64,000 nucleotides of DNA, from assembly GCA_000002435.2 (NCBI GenBank), contig CM018792.1; one strand, 5' to 3'. Made by a program: the position numbers and the translations under genes. This DNA is from Giardia intestinalis. Taxonomy: Eukaryota. Shown piece after piece: positions 1-9,295 of this stretch; position 1 is the stretch's first letter, and every line of letters begins with the position of its first letter. The notes beneath the pieces are model-generated. The model was not told where the DNA came from, searched no databases, and saw nothing but the letters and a program-made list of their open reading frames with translations.

Positions 1-1045
1 GCTTTATAGCCTTTTGTAGAGACTTCTTTACTTCCTGTCTTAATTCTGCCTGTTGCCGTAGTTCATTCTGCCTCTGTGAAATGGATCCAACGTCCTCCAC
101 CTTGTATGTGTTTGGGGCTATCTCGAGCATGTCCTTGTCATACTTGATAGAAAATCTGTCTACTGCACTTGCAAATGCAGGTGACGGCTTTGTAAGATCT
201 GCAGATTGCAATATGTTCTTGATAGATGTGTCGTAGTCTCCTGGCCCCACTTGTATGCTTGGATCTCCACCGAAAAGTGGCTCCCTTCCCTTTGCTCGCA
301 CCCAGTTCGTTCCTGCATAAGGGAATGAACGCATCTTTTTCATTTTCGGTAGAAACCCTGGTTTAGCAATGGAGCTAGACGCACCTCCGACGGGAATAAG
401 GGCAGTGGAGGCATTGTGTCCTTTCTTTGATACGCTCGGCGCTACAGGAACAAAGTCCTCACGCTCTATATACGCCCCTGGTCCGGGGTTTTCAACCATG
501 CTCATAGCGGTGTCCACTATCCATGCGTCTCTCCCCGTCCTTGCTATGGGCTTTTCTGGCAGTCTTGCCTTGTAAGGAATGGATTGCACTGCTGCACTAA
601 GATCGGCATTGTGTCGATGCTCTGCCTTGGCTTTTAGAGACTTTTGAAGCTGAATTTTCTTTCTCCTAATGTTGTCTGTGTGGCCAGCCTTTGATAGATT
701 TGGCTGGATGTTCGTGTACTGAGAAGGACCCGGGACATCGTTCTGTACATCTTTAAATCGAGGAACTGTGCTGGCAAAGGCGCTGTGTTCCTGGATTGCG
801 CCTCTAATGTATACTGGAGTAGTGTATGCGTCATAAGCTCCAGGCGCAGGTACAAACGCTCCTCGCTTAACTTCTTGATCAAACGTGTTGTCATTAACTG
901 CTGTTGTCTGAAAGGGGGCTTGACCAGTATACGCAGAGCGACGGAGTGTGCTAGTGTCTGTATTATAATACCCCGGCCCGAGGTGCGGAGGGACATCCGA
1001 CTTACCTATATAGCAGGAGTCGCGCTTGCTTCTGCTAGTAAACAT
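1..1045 (-). CDS. Partial CDS (3' end beyond the window) for a sperm-tail PG-rich (STPG/Shippo-like) repeat protein, probably flagellar or axonemal
   Basis: I hand-translated the minus frame from the ATG at 1045-1043 down to position 1 and found no stop. The N-terminus is MFTSRSKRDSCYIGKSDVPPHLGPGYYN. PGPGxY-type motifs recur (GPGYYN, APGAYD, VPGPSQY, NPGPGAY, GPGDYD), as in STPG repeat proteins. The ORF track omits it because it runs off the window edge. Confidence 0.55.
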   Translation of the reverse strand, partial: MFTSRSKRDSCYIGKSDVPPHLGPGYYNTDTSTLRRSAYTGQAPFQTTAVNDNTFDQEVKRGAFVPAPGAYDAYTTPVYIRGAIQEHSAFASTVPRFKDVQNDVPGPSQYTNIQPNLSKAGHTDNIRRKKIQLQKSLKAKAEHRHNADLSAAVQSIPYKARLPEKPIARTGRDAWIVDTAMSMVENPGPGAYIEREDFVPVAPSVSKKGHNASTALIPVGGASSSIAKPGFLPKMKKMRSFPYAGTNWVRAKGREPLFGGDPSIQVGPGDYDTSIKNILQSADLTKPSPAFASAVDRFSIKYDKDMLEIAPNTYKVEDVGSISQRQNELRQQAELRQEVKKSLQKAIK

Positions 1046-1106
1046 TCAGGATTTGGCGCGGTTTTTAATTTTTCCTTTACAACTGCAGCTTGCTCCCCTG
1101 GCAGCA

Positions 1107-2069
1107 ATGCCCAAGAAACTGGACATTGAGATAGAGCTCCCCGACGGGTCGCTGGGAACTATACACATAGAAGAAGGTGACGACCCTGAAGCTTTGGCGC
1201 GGCTCTTTGTTGCGGAGCGGTGTATCAGCCAATCCTATGTGAAGCCACTGACAGCGTTCATCCAGGAGGCCTTGGAGCGGATCCCTGATCACACCGTTGA
1301 AAAGCCGAAGCGCACTGTAGAAAGCATGAATGAGGCATCTACTCGTCTTTCTCGTCCTTTCTCCCATCAACTATCCCGGATCAATGAGCATACCGATTCA
1401 CTCAGCTTTTGTACACATCTGCAGCAGCATTCCACTGGGAAGGGCCTAGCTTCTGCAGGTCATTGCAGGTCAGAGGTGTTTACCAGACTGTACAATTCTG
1501 GAGTGTCATCCATGAAGAAACGGCAGGCACTGTCAGAGCAGACCACAGAACAACAGGTTGCAAAATGTAAGGTGTCCACTCGGCCAAATTCTGCCTCAGA
1601 GCGGCTATACAGGCAGGCACTAGAACAACACGCTCGTATGGAACGGAACCAATTAGAGCAGAAGCGCCTTCAGGAAGAGCTCCCAGAGGAATGTACCTTT
1701 AAGCCTGCAATTCTTAGCTACTCAAAACAGTTAGATACCAAAGACCACGTTATCCAAAGGTTGACAGTTAATGCACCAACAGCACAGAAAACAAAACTAG
1801 ATCGCCTCCAAAGACTGGCTGAGCAAGAAACACTGAAGGAATGCACCTTTAAACCATCATTATCTACCACGCAAGAGAAGGCCATTTCCATTAAGGCCCA
1901 GTATAAGATTGACATCAAAAGAAATGGAACCAGTGTACTAGACAGACTGACAGAACCTCATACTAAGACGCACAGTAACAGTATTCTTTTCGTCCCAACC
2001 GCCCCACTTTCAAGGCCAGGGAAGGCCTACAAGCATATAGGCCACGATCCAAAGGAAAGGCTGCTTTAA
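1107..2069 (+). CDS. Hypothetical protein with a coiled-coil segment and two ECTFKP repeats
   Basis: Track ORF 1026..2069 starts at TTG. The first in-frame ATG is at 1107 (MPKKLDIEIELPDG). An AT-rich tract (tttttaattttt) lies just upstream. The internal repeats are EECTFKPAIL and KECTFKPSLS. Confidence 0.5.
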   Translation: MPKKLDIEIELPDGSLGTIHIEEGDDPEALARLFVAERCISQSYVKPLTAFIQEALERIPDHTVEKPKRTVESMNEASTRLSRPFSHQLSRINEHTDSLSFCTHLQQHSTGKGLASAGHCRSEVFTRLYNSGVSSMKKRQALSEQTTEQQVAKCKVSTRPNSASERLYRQALEQHARMERNQLEQKRLQEELPEECTFKPAILSYSKQLDTKDHVIQRLTVNAPTAQKTKLDRLQRLAEQETLKECTFKPSLSTTQEKAISIKAQYKIDIKRNGTSVLDRLTEPHTKTHSNSILFVPTAPLSRPGKAYKHIGHDPKERLL

Positions 2070-2408
2070 TGTGTTGCAGTGTATAGCAGATATCCACTGT
2101 GCCATTTGACAAAGTACTATCTGGCAAAGTACTCATTCCTTTATCCCAGTGCCTTCTCCCCCACAGATGAAGCCGGAGGTGGTGAGTCTGGCTGCACTTT
2201 GCTAGATGCAGTGACTCCAGGTCTAGTGACCTTGTGATCAATTAATAAAAACTCGTTTGGTAGCAGTGGCTTGGTACTGAACCCGTGGAGCGCTGGCTGC
2301 AAACAGTCCACTATCCGACCTTTCGCAGGGTGTACTAACCTTTTGCAATCTCTTCTGTAGAAAGATTTACTAACATTTATTTTTAAAAAATGTTAAACCG
2401 TTAATCCA

Positions 2409-3962
2409 ATGAGCGACATAGAACACGAGGACTCGGAGATGCGCTCATTGGATGGCTTATTGAGAGACATAGGGCGGCCTGTTGGAGAAGGAAGCTACGG
2501 GACAGTATATTCTTTGAAAAGTTCGCCACACAAGGTGGTAAAGGAGACGCCCATCAGGGGCCTCCGGCCTAGTGCTCTTACCGCGCTGGAGATAGAAGCA
2601 CGGGTTCTTCCACGCATGGAGCACCCCAACATTGTCAAATATGAGGCTATTGAGAAGACAGATCAGTTTTTCTTTGTGGTGATGAAATACTATCCAAAGT
2701 CGCTCGATCAACTCATAAAAACCGCTATTCGCTCTGATAAGTCTTTGTCCCCTGAGAAAATCTTTATCATTGTCAACCAGCTAGCATCGGGTCTCGCCTA
2801 CCTCCATAGCCCAGACAAGACAGACAGCACGGGTAAGCCACTCCCCGCAATCATCCACAGAGATCTGAAGCCAACAAATATCCTCGTCAATAGTACTGAG
2901 ACAGAGGTTGCTATTGCAGACTTTGGGCTCTGTATTGAGGGCGTTGCTAACATCAGCATGTCGTCGGTTGCTACCCCATGCTACTCTTCTCCAGAAGCAC
3001 TAATAAGTAAGATGTATGCCACATCAGCTGATATGTGGAGCCTTGGGGTGATCATTTACGAATTGACCACGGGAAAAAGGCCCGACTTCCTTGCGGGGAG
3101 GAACCCAGAGGACGTCTTTACCAAGGACTGGAAAGCCCCCCTTGGCGATATCTATGATCCTGATCTTCGCCTTATAATAGGGCATCTTCTTGTGCTCGAT
3201 CCTTTGGAGCGACTTACGGCTGAGGAGCTGTTCCAGATGACATGTTTTGACAGGCAGACTCACATTTTGTCTATTCTCAAGATAAGAGAACTTCAGAAGT
3301 CCTCGTCTCATGAGCTGACAGATATCAGACCCCTTGCCAGCTCGAGTGTACTCACTAAGAGCGGACCTACTCACTTCACTGGGGAAACGCAGCTAATGCA
3401 GTCTGTTCGTAGAGGCAATAAGGAGGGTCTCAGGGAACTTATAGAAAATAGCCAAGGCTTTGGAGCCAAGAACGCTTCTGGGATGACGGCATTGATGATT
3501 GCTGCAGAGTGTGGGAATTTGGACGCAGTGAGGCTACTTTTGCCGTTAGAAGCAAACAAGAGATGCAACTGTGGGCGAACAGCCCTAATGTATGCGACCA
3601 AGAACGCCCAACTGGCAGCCGCTAAGGAATTACTGGCTGTTGAAGCCGGGAAGCGCGATAAGAGCGGAAAGTCAGCACTTATGCTAGCTGCTGAAGGAGG
3701 CTCAGCAGAGCTGGTAGCCCTTCTGGCCGGGTACGAGTGCAAGCTGAAAAACCAGTCCGGGATGACGGCCTTAATGATCGCTGTGAAGAAGGGGTTTATA
3801 TCGGCAGTAGAGATCTTAGCTGAACACGAAAAGGGAATCGTTGATAATGCTGGAAGAACCGCCCTGTCTCATGCTATCAGATTCAAGCAAAGGCCTGTGA
3901 TTGACCTCCTAACTCGGTATCCAGAAGAGCATGTTAGCACTTCTTTCAAAGAGAACCCGTAG
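2409..3962 (+). CDS. Ser/Thr protein kinase (NEK-like) with C-terminal ankyrin repeats
   Basis: Kinase motifs are present: glycine loop [13 protein letters not shown] lysine, [11 protein letters not shown] catalytic loop, and DFG. The C-terminal about 170 aa are ankyrin repeats ([21 protein letters not shown] and similar). This architecture is typical of the expanded Giardia NEK family. Confidence 0.8.
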   Translation: MSDIEHEDSEMRSLDGLLRDIGRPVGEGSYGTVYSLKSSPHKVVKETPIRGLRPSALTALEIEARVLPRMEHPNIVKYEAIEKTDQFFFVVMKYYPKSLDQLIKTAIRSDKSLSPEKIFIIVNQLASGLAYLHSPDKTDSTGKPLPAIIHRDLKPTNILVNSTETEVAIADFGLCIEGVANISMSSVATPCYSSPEALISKMYATSADMWSLGVIIYELTTGKRPDFLAGRNPEDVFTKDWKAPLGDIYDPDLRLIIGHLLVLDPLERLTAEELFQMTCFDRQTHILSILKIRELQKSSSHELTDIRPLASSSVLTKSGPTHFTGETQLMQSVRRGNKEGLRELIENSQGFGAKNASGMTALMIAAECGNLDAVRLLLPLEANKRCNCGRTALMYATKNAQLAAAKELLAVEAGKRDKSGKSALMLAAEGGSAELVALLAGYECKLKNQSGMTALMIAVKKGFISAVEILAEHEKGIVDNAGRTALSHAIRFKQRPVIDLLTRYPEEHVSTSFKENP

Positions 3963-4045
3963 CCGTTGTAAACTCGCAAAGTGTTGATTCCTATCTTTTG
4001 GGATTAGAGCACGCCTCCATAATTTCAAAAAAATTTCAAAAAAGT

Positions 4046-5035
4046 ATGGGTAGGAGTTTCTATGAGGTGCTAGGAGTCCCTCATACGGCAGCCCCGGACG
4101 CCATCAAGCGGGCATACCGTAAGCAAGCCCTGCGCTGGCACCCCGACAAAAACCGTGACAATCGCCAGGAGGCAGAGGCTCGGTTCAAAGAGATTTCAGA
4201 GGCATATCGTATACTATCGGATCCAGAGAAACGCGCCGTGTACGACCGCTTTGGAGAAGAGGGTATCAGGATGGTCGGGCCAGATGGAAGCGTGGCAGCG
4301 TCAGGGCAGCCGCGGGTTGTCTTTTCTGGCATGCCGTTTGCCAATCTAGATGAAGCCTTCAAGCTGTTTGAGCAAGTCTTTGGAAGCATGGATCCGTTTG
4401 CCTCTGAATTTGATATGGGGATGACTGACTTTGGCACGTTTCCGTCCATGAACGAGACCAAGTGGCGGCCAAGGCCTCAGAAAAAGCGTAAGGATCCGGA
4501 TGTTTTCGTTGATCTGGAACTAACCCTTGAAGAACTATACTTCGGGGCCACGAAGCTTCGCAAAGTTACTAGGCGCGTAATGATGGCAGATGGGTCGTCA
4601 GAGTCCAAGGTGGAGATGCTTGAGATAATCGTCAAACAGGGCTGGTCGGAGGGCACACAAATCCGGTTTAAGGAGCTAGGAGATGAAGCACCAAACATCA
4701 CACCTTCGGATCTCGTTTTTGTTGTCAAGGAGCTCCCCCATCCTAACTTCCTAAGAGAAGGAGACAATCTTGTTGTGACGTGTAACGTTCCCCTCAGAAA
4801 CGCCCTCTGTGGCTATCAAACAGAGCTCAAAACCCTTGACAATCGTACGCTGCACATAGTTGTATCAGAGGTCATCATCCCCGGCAACGTGAAGACAATC
4901 CACGGCGAGGGAATGCCTCTGAGTGCAGACCCGCGACAACGTGGTCTTCTCCTCATCAAGTTCAATGTGCAATTCCCATCACACATCCCGGAGGTCAACA
5001 AGGCCGCTCTCATGGAGCTGCTGCCGCCAAATTAA
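4046..5035 (+). CDS. DnaJ (Hsp40) co-chaperone, type II
   Basis: An N-terminal J domain reads [33 protein letters not shown] with the HPD motif. A G/F-like linker and C-terminal substrate-binding domains follow. The track start at 3998 is TTG. The first ATG is 4046, preceded by aatttcaaaaaaatttcaaaaaagt. Confidence 0.85.
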   Translation: MGRSFYEVLGVPHTAAPDAIKRAYRKQALRWHPDKNRDNRQEAEARFKEISEAYRILSDPEKRAVYDRFGEEGIRMVGPDGSVAASGQPRVVFSGMPFANLDEAFKLFEQVFGSMDPFASEFDMGMTDFGTFPSMNETKWRPRPQKKRKDPDVFVDLELTLEELYFGATKLRKVTRRVMMADGSSESKVEMLEIIVKQGWSEGTQIRFKELGDEAPNITPSDLVFVVKELPHPNFLREGDNLVVTCNVPLRNALCGYQTELKTLDNRTLHIVVSEVIIPGNVKTIHGEGMPLSADPRQRGLLLIKFNVQFPSHIPEVNKAALMELLPPN

Positions 5036-5041
5036 GTAAAA

Positions 5042-5926
5042 ATGCCCCTACTCCTGCTTTTCGGCCAACCTCTCACAGGAAAGTCCAGGGTCGCCGCTCA
5101 GATCCAGCAAGAGGCTGTGGCTCGCGAGCTGGATTCGGTAGTAATTGACTTGGGGCTTATGGGATGTACAAGCAAAGACTTGACAGAAAACATCGGCACT
5201 GTTCGCACGCGTCTGCGCCAGCTTGTTGCTCAGTACTTGTCTAAAGAGCGCCTAGTGATAGTAGACCACACGAATCACACGAAGAGCTTTCGCTATGAAC
5301 TATTTTGTATTGCACGTGAGAGGAAGACAACGAACTGCATCGTTTCGTGCTATACCGACCGGCCCATGGACGATGCCGAGCTTTCTATGTGCCCGGAAAA
5401 CCCTTTGGTCGGTGAGGAGCGGCTTTGGACGTACCCTCGTTATGCAGATATATGTTCCCGGTTCGAGTCCCTTCTGGTGGGAGCTAAGGCAGATCAGCCC
5501 GTATTCAGTGCTTCTGCCAGTCCCCAACTTATCCTAGACTATCTGTATAACGTAGTGAAGGCACCTGGGAAGGCTGGGCTAAAGTCTATTCTCTCTGCGG
5601 CAACAGATTCCGTTGCGCTGTCCTCTTCAGAAGCCGCTTCTCCAGAAGTAATACGTCGCATTACAAAAGATATCGTAGCTACCATCTTCAATGCCCAGGC
5701 ATCGACGGGAGCTATCAGTATGATGCTCACTGTGTACCCTCCCTCCATATCGGTTGCCCTGCCCTATGCAATCATTCCTATTGCACAGCTTCAATCTCTC
5801 AGACGATCTTTCCTACAACACCCTCCTGACTTCCCACACCCTGTCTCTGAGGGCTCCGTGGCAGGCGTGTTCGCCCAATACCTCAGCGAGAAGCTTCAGC
5901 TGGTCGAGGTTTACTCATCTGCCTAG
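5042..5926 (+). CDS. KTI12/PSTK-family P-loop protein (Elongator-associated KTI12-like)
   Basis: The N-terminus MPLLLLFGQPLTGKS is a GxxxxGKS Walker A placed directly at the N-terminus. This is characteristic of KTI12 and phosphoseryl-tRNA kinase. A length of about 294 aa fits KTI12. The 3' end overlaps the convergent CCT gene by 12 bp. Confidence 0.45.
   Translation: MPLLLLFGQPLTGKSRVAAQIQQEAVARELDSVVIDLGLMGCTSKDLTENIGTVRTRLRQLVAQYLSKERLVIVDHTNHTKSFRYELFCIARERKTTNCIVSCYTDRPMDDAELSMCPENPLVGEERLWTYPRYADICSRFESLLVGAKADQPVFSASASPQLILDYLYNVVKAPGKAGLKSILSAATDSVALSSSEAASPEVIRRITKDIVATIFNAQASTGAISMMLTVYPPSISVALPYAIIPIAQLQSLRRSFLQHPPDFPHPVSEGSVAGVFAQYLSEKLQLVEVYSSA
5909..5915 (-). promoter_or_regulatory. 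AGTAAAC poly(A) signal overlapping the TGA stop of the CCT gene
   Basis: The minus strand reads TGAGTAAAC. This matches the Giardia AGTRAAY consensus and sits directly at the stop codon. Confidence 0.55.
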
Positions 5927-7468
5927 AACAATATCGTCAATCTTCAAGAGCATACGCGTCGTCTCTGTCGCAAGAGTTATGGCGCTGATAGTCACTAGAG
6001 CAGGCTGTATTACATTTAGAGCGAACATCTCTGAGATCTCTCCGCCCCTATTAATATCTAATCCGTAGGTCGTTCCGCCTTTCTTATGGACGCGCCTCAG
6101 TTCCGTAAGGGTTGTGATTGGGGAGAGTCCGGCGTTTTCAGCCAGTGTAAGGGGAATTATTTCGAATGCATCTGCAAAGGCACGCATACAGTACTGACCC
6201 ACGCCTGTCTGGGAGTGGCTGCGCTCATATAAGCACCTAGCGATCTCGGTCTCGACAGCGGCACCACCAGGGATTATAAATCCTTTCTTAATGAGACAGC
6301 GGATTGCACAGAGGCCATCGTGCACGGAGCGCACGGCCTCATCGAGGATCAGTTTGTTTGCGCCTCTCACTATGATGGTACATGTCTTGACACTCTTTTC
6401 CTCGTCTTGATTCCTGGAGATATATGTAACTCCATCTACGACAGTCAGCTCACCCATTGAGCCCAGTTTATCCGAGGTAAACTCATCTATCGTAGCGACT
6501 GGCGTAGCTCCGGTAGTGGTGGCTATGAAGTCTATTTCTTCGCGTTCTATGTCATCGATGACGGTGATCTTCAGCTTCTTCAGAAAGTGAAGCGCCATGT
6601 CACTGACGGCCTCACGCATAATGGACTTCTGCAGAAGAAGCACGTTGCACCCAGAGCTTGCGATCTTCTTGCACATCTTAGCAGTCAGCTTACGCTCCTG
6701 CTCTAAAAGGCGATCTATTGCGTCGGAGTCATGAACAATAAGATTAGCCTCCATGTCTGTCTTGGGCGGGGACAGGCAGAACCTTGCGATACCTATCTTC
6801 ACCTTTTCACAGAACCCGGGCCCCTCTGTGGGACGCCTTGCAAATGCAAGACCAGTGGTTAATCTGCTTTCGTCCACGGTCCCTCCTAATCGTTTGATTA
6901 CGTGTATACGACTCAAGTCAACGTTGTCCGAATCTGACACGCGAAGCACAGAGTCGAGGATTAAGGGTGCAAGGTGGTCAGAATGGTGAGAAATGATCTT
7001 GCTTGATAGTGTTGTTTTGCAAATGTTGATCAGCTCCTCACGGTTCTTGAGATCAACGGGGCGGGCAATGGACATGACAACCTTCACAGCCTCGTCACAG
7101 GCCACCTGGTAGGCCTCCGATATTGCTGTCGGATGGATTCCAAGCTTGAAAAGGTCTAGACAGTTAGCAAGCAGCCTCCCAGCGAGAACGACCACAGTTG
7201 TCGTGCCATCTCCCGCTTCGATGTCTTGGCTCTGAGAAAGCTCTATGAGCATGCGTGCAGCCGGGTGACGAGCCTCCAACTGCTTCATAATTGTCGCACC
7301 GTCATTCGTGATAAGGACGTCTCCCTTCGGTGTTGTGACCATCTTATCGAGACCACGAGGCCCTAATGAGGTGCGTATGAGGTCAAAGATTCCCTTGGCT
7401 GCCTGGATATTGGATACGCGAACGTCTGCCTGCTTCTCATTGCCCTCATCCCTGACAAGCTGAGCCAT
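5915..7468 (-). CDS. CCT4: T-complex protein 1 (CCT/TRiC chaperonin) subunit, delta-like
   Basis: The group II chaperonin signature ITNDGATIMKQLEARHPAARMLIELSQSQDIEAGDGTTTVVVLAGRLL closely parallels the CCT-delta equatorial-domain motif. The size of 517 aa fits. Confidence 0.8.
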   Translation of the reverse strand: MAQLVRDEGNEKQADVRVSNIQAAKGIFDLIRTSLGPRGLDKMVTTPKGDVLITNDGATIMKQLEARHPAARMLIELSQSQDIEAGDGTTTVVVLAGRLLANCLDLFKLGIHPTAISEAYQVACDEAVKVVMSIARPVDLKNREELINICKTTLSSKIISHHSDHLAPLILDSVLRVSDSDNVDLSRIHVIKRLGGTVDESRLTTGLAFARRPTEGPGFCEKVKIGIARFCLSPPKTDMEANLIVHDSDAIDRLLEQERKLTAKMCKKIASSGCNVLLLQKSIMREAVSDMALHFLKKLKITVIDDIEREEIDFIATTTGATPVATIDEFTSDKLGSMGELTVVDGVTYISRNQDEEKSVKTCTIIVRGANKLILDEAVRSVHDGLCAIRCLIKKGFIIPGGAAVETEIARCLYERSHSQTGVGQYCMRAFADAFEIIPLTLAENAGLSPITTLTELRRVHKKGGTTYGLDINRGGEISEMFALNVIQPALVTISAITLATETTRMLLKIDDIVLGR

Positions 7469-7554
7469 TTTATTTTTTATATTTCATCATTTCATCAAAT
7501 CTTAGGAGGAGGAAGGAAGCGTGACCAGGAGTTTACATTATCCAAGATGAGAGT

Positions 7555-8016
7555 TCACGACGATATGTCGCTTGCAGTACTATTCGCCAATCGCCTTCTT
7601 TCATCGTGCAGGATTCTATTCTCGGTGTGTAAGCGCTTGTTCTCAGCCACGAGGGCCTCGTTTTCACCCTTTATATCGGCTATAAGCTGTTCGAGATCGT
7701 TAATTCTAGAGGTAAGCTCATCGTTCACAGAGGGGCTGGCTCGCGCAGCACATTCACGCATAAGGCGAATTGGGGTCTCACCCTTTGGTATATCTGCATG
7801 AACGAGATCATATATGGGGATATTCTCCGCCTTGGGCGAAAACGTTACGTGCTTCTTGGTGATTGATCCACGCAGGCCAGGAGATGTAGTCTTTGTTGGG
7901 AGTCTCTCTGGGGTGCTGTACATGATGGGATCTGCGTCAGGAATCGGCGACAAGTCACAATCATCCTGTCTCCTGATTCCCACAAACGAGAGGATCTTCC
8001 AAAGCGTAGATGACAT
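7555..8016 (-). CDS. Hypothetical small coiled-coil protein (153 aa)
   Basis: An ATG-initiated ORF fills the gap between flanking genes. The C-terminal heptad-like segment is RINDLEQLIADIKGENEALVAENKRLHTENRILHDERRRL. No family was recognised. Confidence 0.35.
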   Translation of the reverse strand: MSSTLWKILSFVGIRRQDDCDLSPIPDADPIMYSTPERLPTKTTSPGLRGSITKKHVTFSPKAENIPIYDLVHADIPKGETPIRLMRECAARASPSVNDELTSRINDLEQLIADIKGENEALVAENKRLHTENRILHDERRRLANSTASDISS

Positions 8017-8128
8017 GGTTAAATTTTCAGCATTCGTATTTATTTTTTAAAGAAAATTGCAATGAAATTTTCATCAATTGGAGGCCAAACGAGGCAGTCG
8101 CCTGTCCTGTAGCGGCGAGACGGCCATC

Positions 8129-9295
8129 ATGAAAGTACGGCCCCTGATCCTGGTAATGGGAACCACGGCCTCGGGCAAAACACGCTTGGCTCTACAATTG
8201 GCACAGGCCTTGAATGGCGAGATTATCTGCGGAGATGCACTCCAGTTGTGGCAGGGGATCTCTATTTTATCGGCAGCTCCCACTCTAGCGGAGCAGACCG
8301 CAATCAAGCACCATCTTTTCGGATTGTATGCTCCATTTCAAGAGGAGGACGGCTCCAAGTTCGTTTACGAAATGAAAACGGTCAGGGACTGGTATGCCAA
8401 TGTGTGCAATGTTCTTCGCGAAATACACCCCCCTAGCATCCCTATCATGGTTGGGGGGACGCACTACTTTTTCCTGTTTTTCTTGTCACAGCCAGGCACA
8501 AAAGACCTCCTCTGCAGTATTGGCCTGCAGCCCATCCTACTGTTTTGTGACGCACATGCAGCCCTGACTAGCCACGTAGCTACTAGAGTGGTCTCCATGA
8601 TCAGACAGGGGCTGCTGAACGAGGTCTCGCTACTGTTGTCCAATCTAGAGCCGAACAGAGTCACTCGCATTGTTGATGGCTATGTGCGGGACGGAGTCTC
8701 AGATGGCATCCTGCAGGCAATAGGCCTACGTGAGTTTGTCTTAGCTGCGCAGCAAAGCGACGCATTCAGGGGCTTGGTCAAGAATGGGTCGCTATCGAAG
8801 CTAGACCCTTTGCTTGTATCCACTTGTGCCGATGCATTGTTTTGCTCTATACTCAAAGACACATCTGCTCGCGCTGATGGCATATTGCGCTTTGCCGACT
8901 TGCTGCAAATACCTATGGAGGCAGCGCTGCAACTAGGGACAGTTCTGCTGGAGGTGTTTGATAATACTGTCGCCTACGCCAAACAGCAAAGAAAATGGGC
9001 TCGCAAATTGGAGCGCCATGGTCTCTCGATTCTGCACATAGATACGTCTGACTGGAAGGAGGACAACATTATGCCTCTGATACTAGACGAGGTCGCTAAG
9101 GTCTCGTGCTATGCAAAGATAAACTACACGTTTTTACCACTAGGCCCGCAAATACTCTATTGCGACACTTGCAAGGTATCCATTACGGGAGAAAAGGTGT
9201 ATCAGGAGCATATCCGATCGCGTGCCCACAGACGCAGACTCAATAATGAAAGAAAAAAGTCGACCTGCGATGGCTCACATCCTTGGCCAGGCTAA
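8129..9295 (+). CDS. tRNA dimethylallyl(isopentenyl)transferase (MiaA/Mod5/TRIT1 family) with a C-terminal matrin-type C2H2 zinc finger
   Basis: The N-terminal P-loop is LILVMGTTASGKTRLALQLA...EIICGDALQLW. The C-terminus YCDTCKVSITGEKVYQEHIRSRAHRR is the zinc finger typical of eukaryotic Mod5/TRIT1. The track start at 8078 is TTG. The first ATG is 8129. Confidence 0.8.
   Translation: MKVRPLILVMGTTASGKTRLALQLAQALNGEIICGDALQLWQGISILSAAPTLAEQTAIKHHLFGLYAPFQEEDGSKFVYEMKTVRDWYANVCNVLREIHPPSIPIMVGGTHYFFLFFLSQPGTKDLLCSIGLQPILLFCDAHAALTSHVATRVVSMIRQGLLNEVSLLLSNLEPNRVTRIVDGYVRDGVSDGILQAIGLREFVLAAQQSDAFRGLVKNGSLSKLDPLLVSTCADALFCSILKDTSARADGILRFADLLQIPMEAALQLGTVLLEVFDNTVAYAKQQRKWARKLERHGLSILHIDTSDWKEDNIMPLILDEVAKVSCYAKINYTFLPLGPQILYCDTCKVSITGEKVYQEHIRSRAHRRRLNNERKKSTCDGSHPWPG

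Noticed and set aside
1026-1106. ORF-track 5' extensions beginning at TTG or GTG (1026, 3998, 8078, 9222, 35996, 37019, 52034).
   Set aside because: The track evidently allows non-ATG starts. For a eukaryotic nuclear gene I moved each start to the first in-frame ATG, which in every case is preceded by an AT-rich leader.
2070-2408. The 339-bp intergenic region scanned for a tRNA or other small RNA. A GTACTGAACCC stretch superficially resembles a T-arm.
   Set aside because: No convincing cloverleaf was found: no TTCGAATC-like T-loop, acceptor pairing or anticodon-arm geometry. I cannot support an RNA gene by eye.
5042-5926. Assigning the KTI12-like P-loop protein specifically as O-phosphoseryl-tRNA(Sec) kinase.
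   Set aside because: The N-terminal Walker A placement is shared by KTI12 and PSTK, and the sequence alone does not discriminate. I kept the broader family call.
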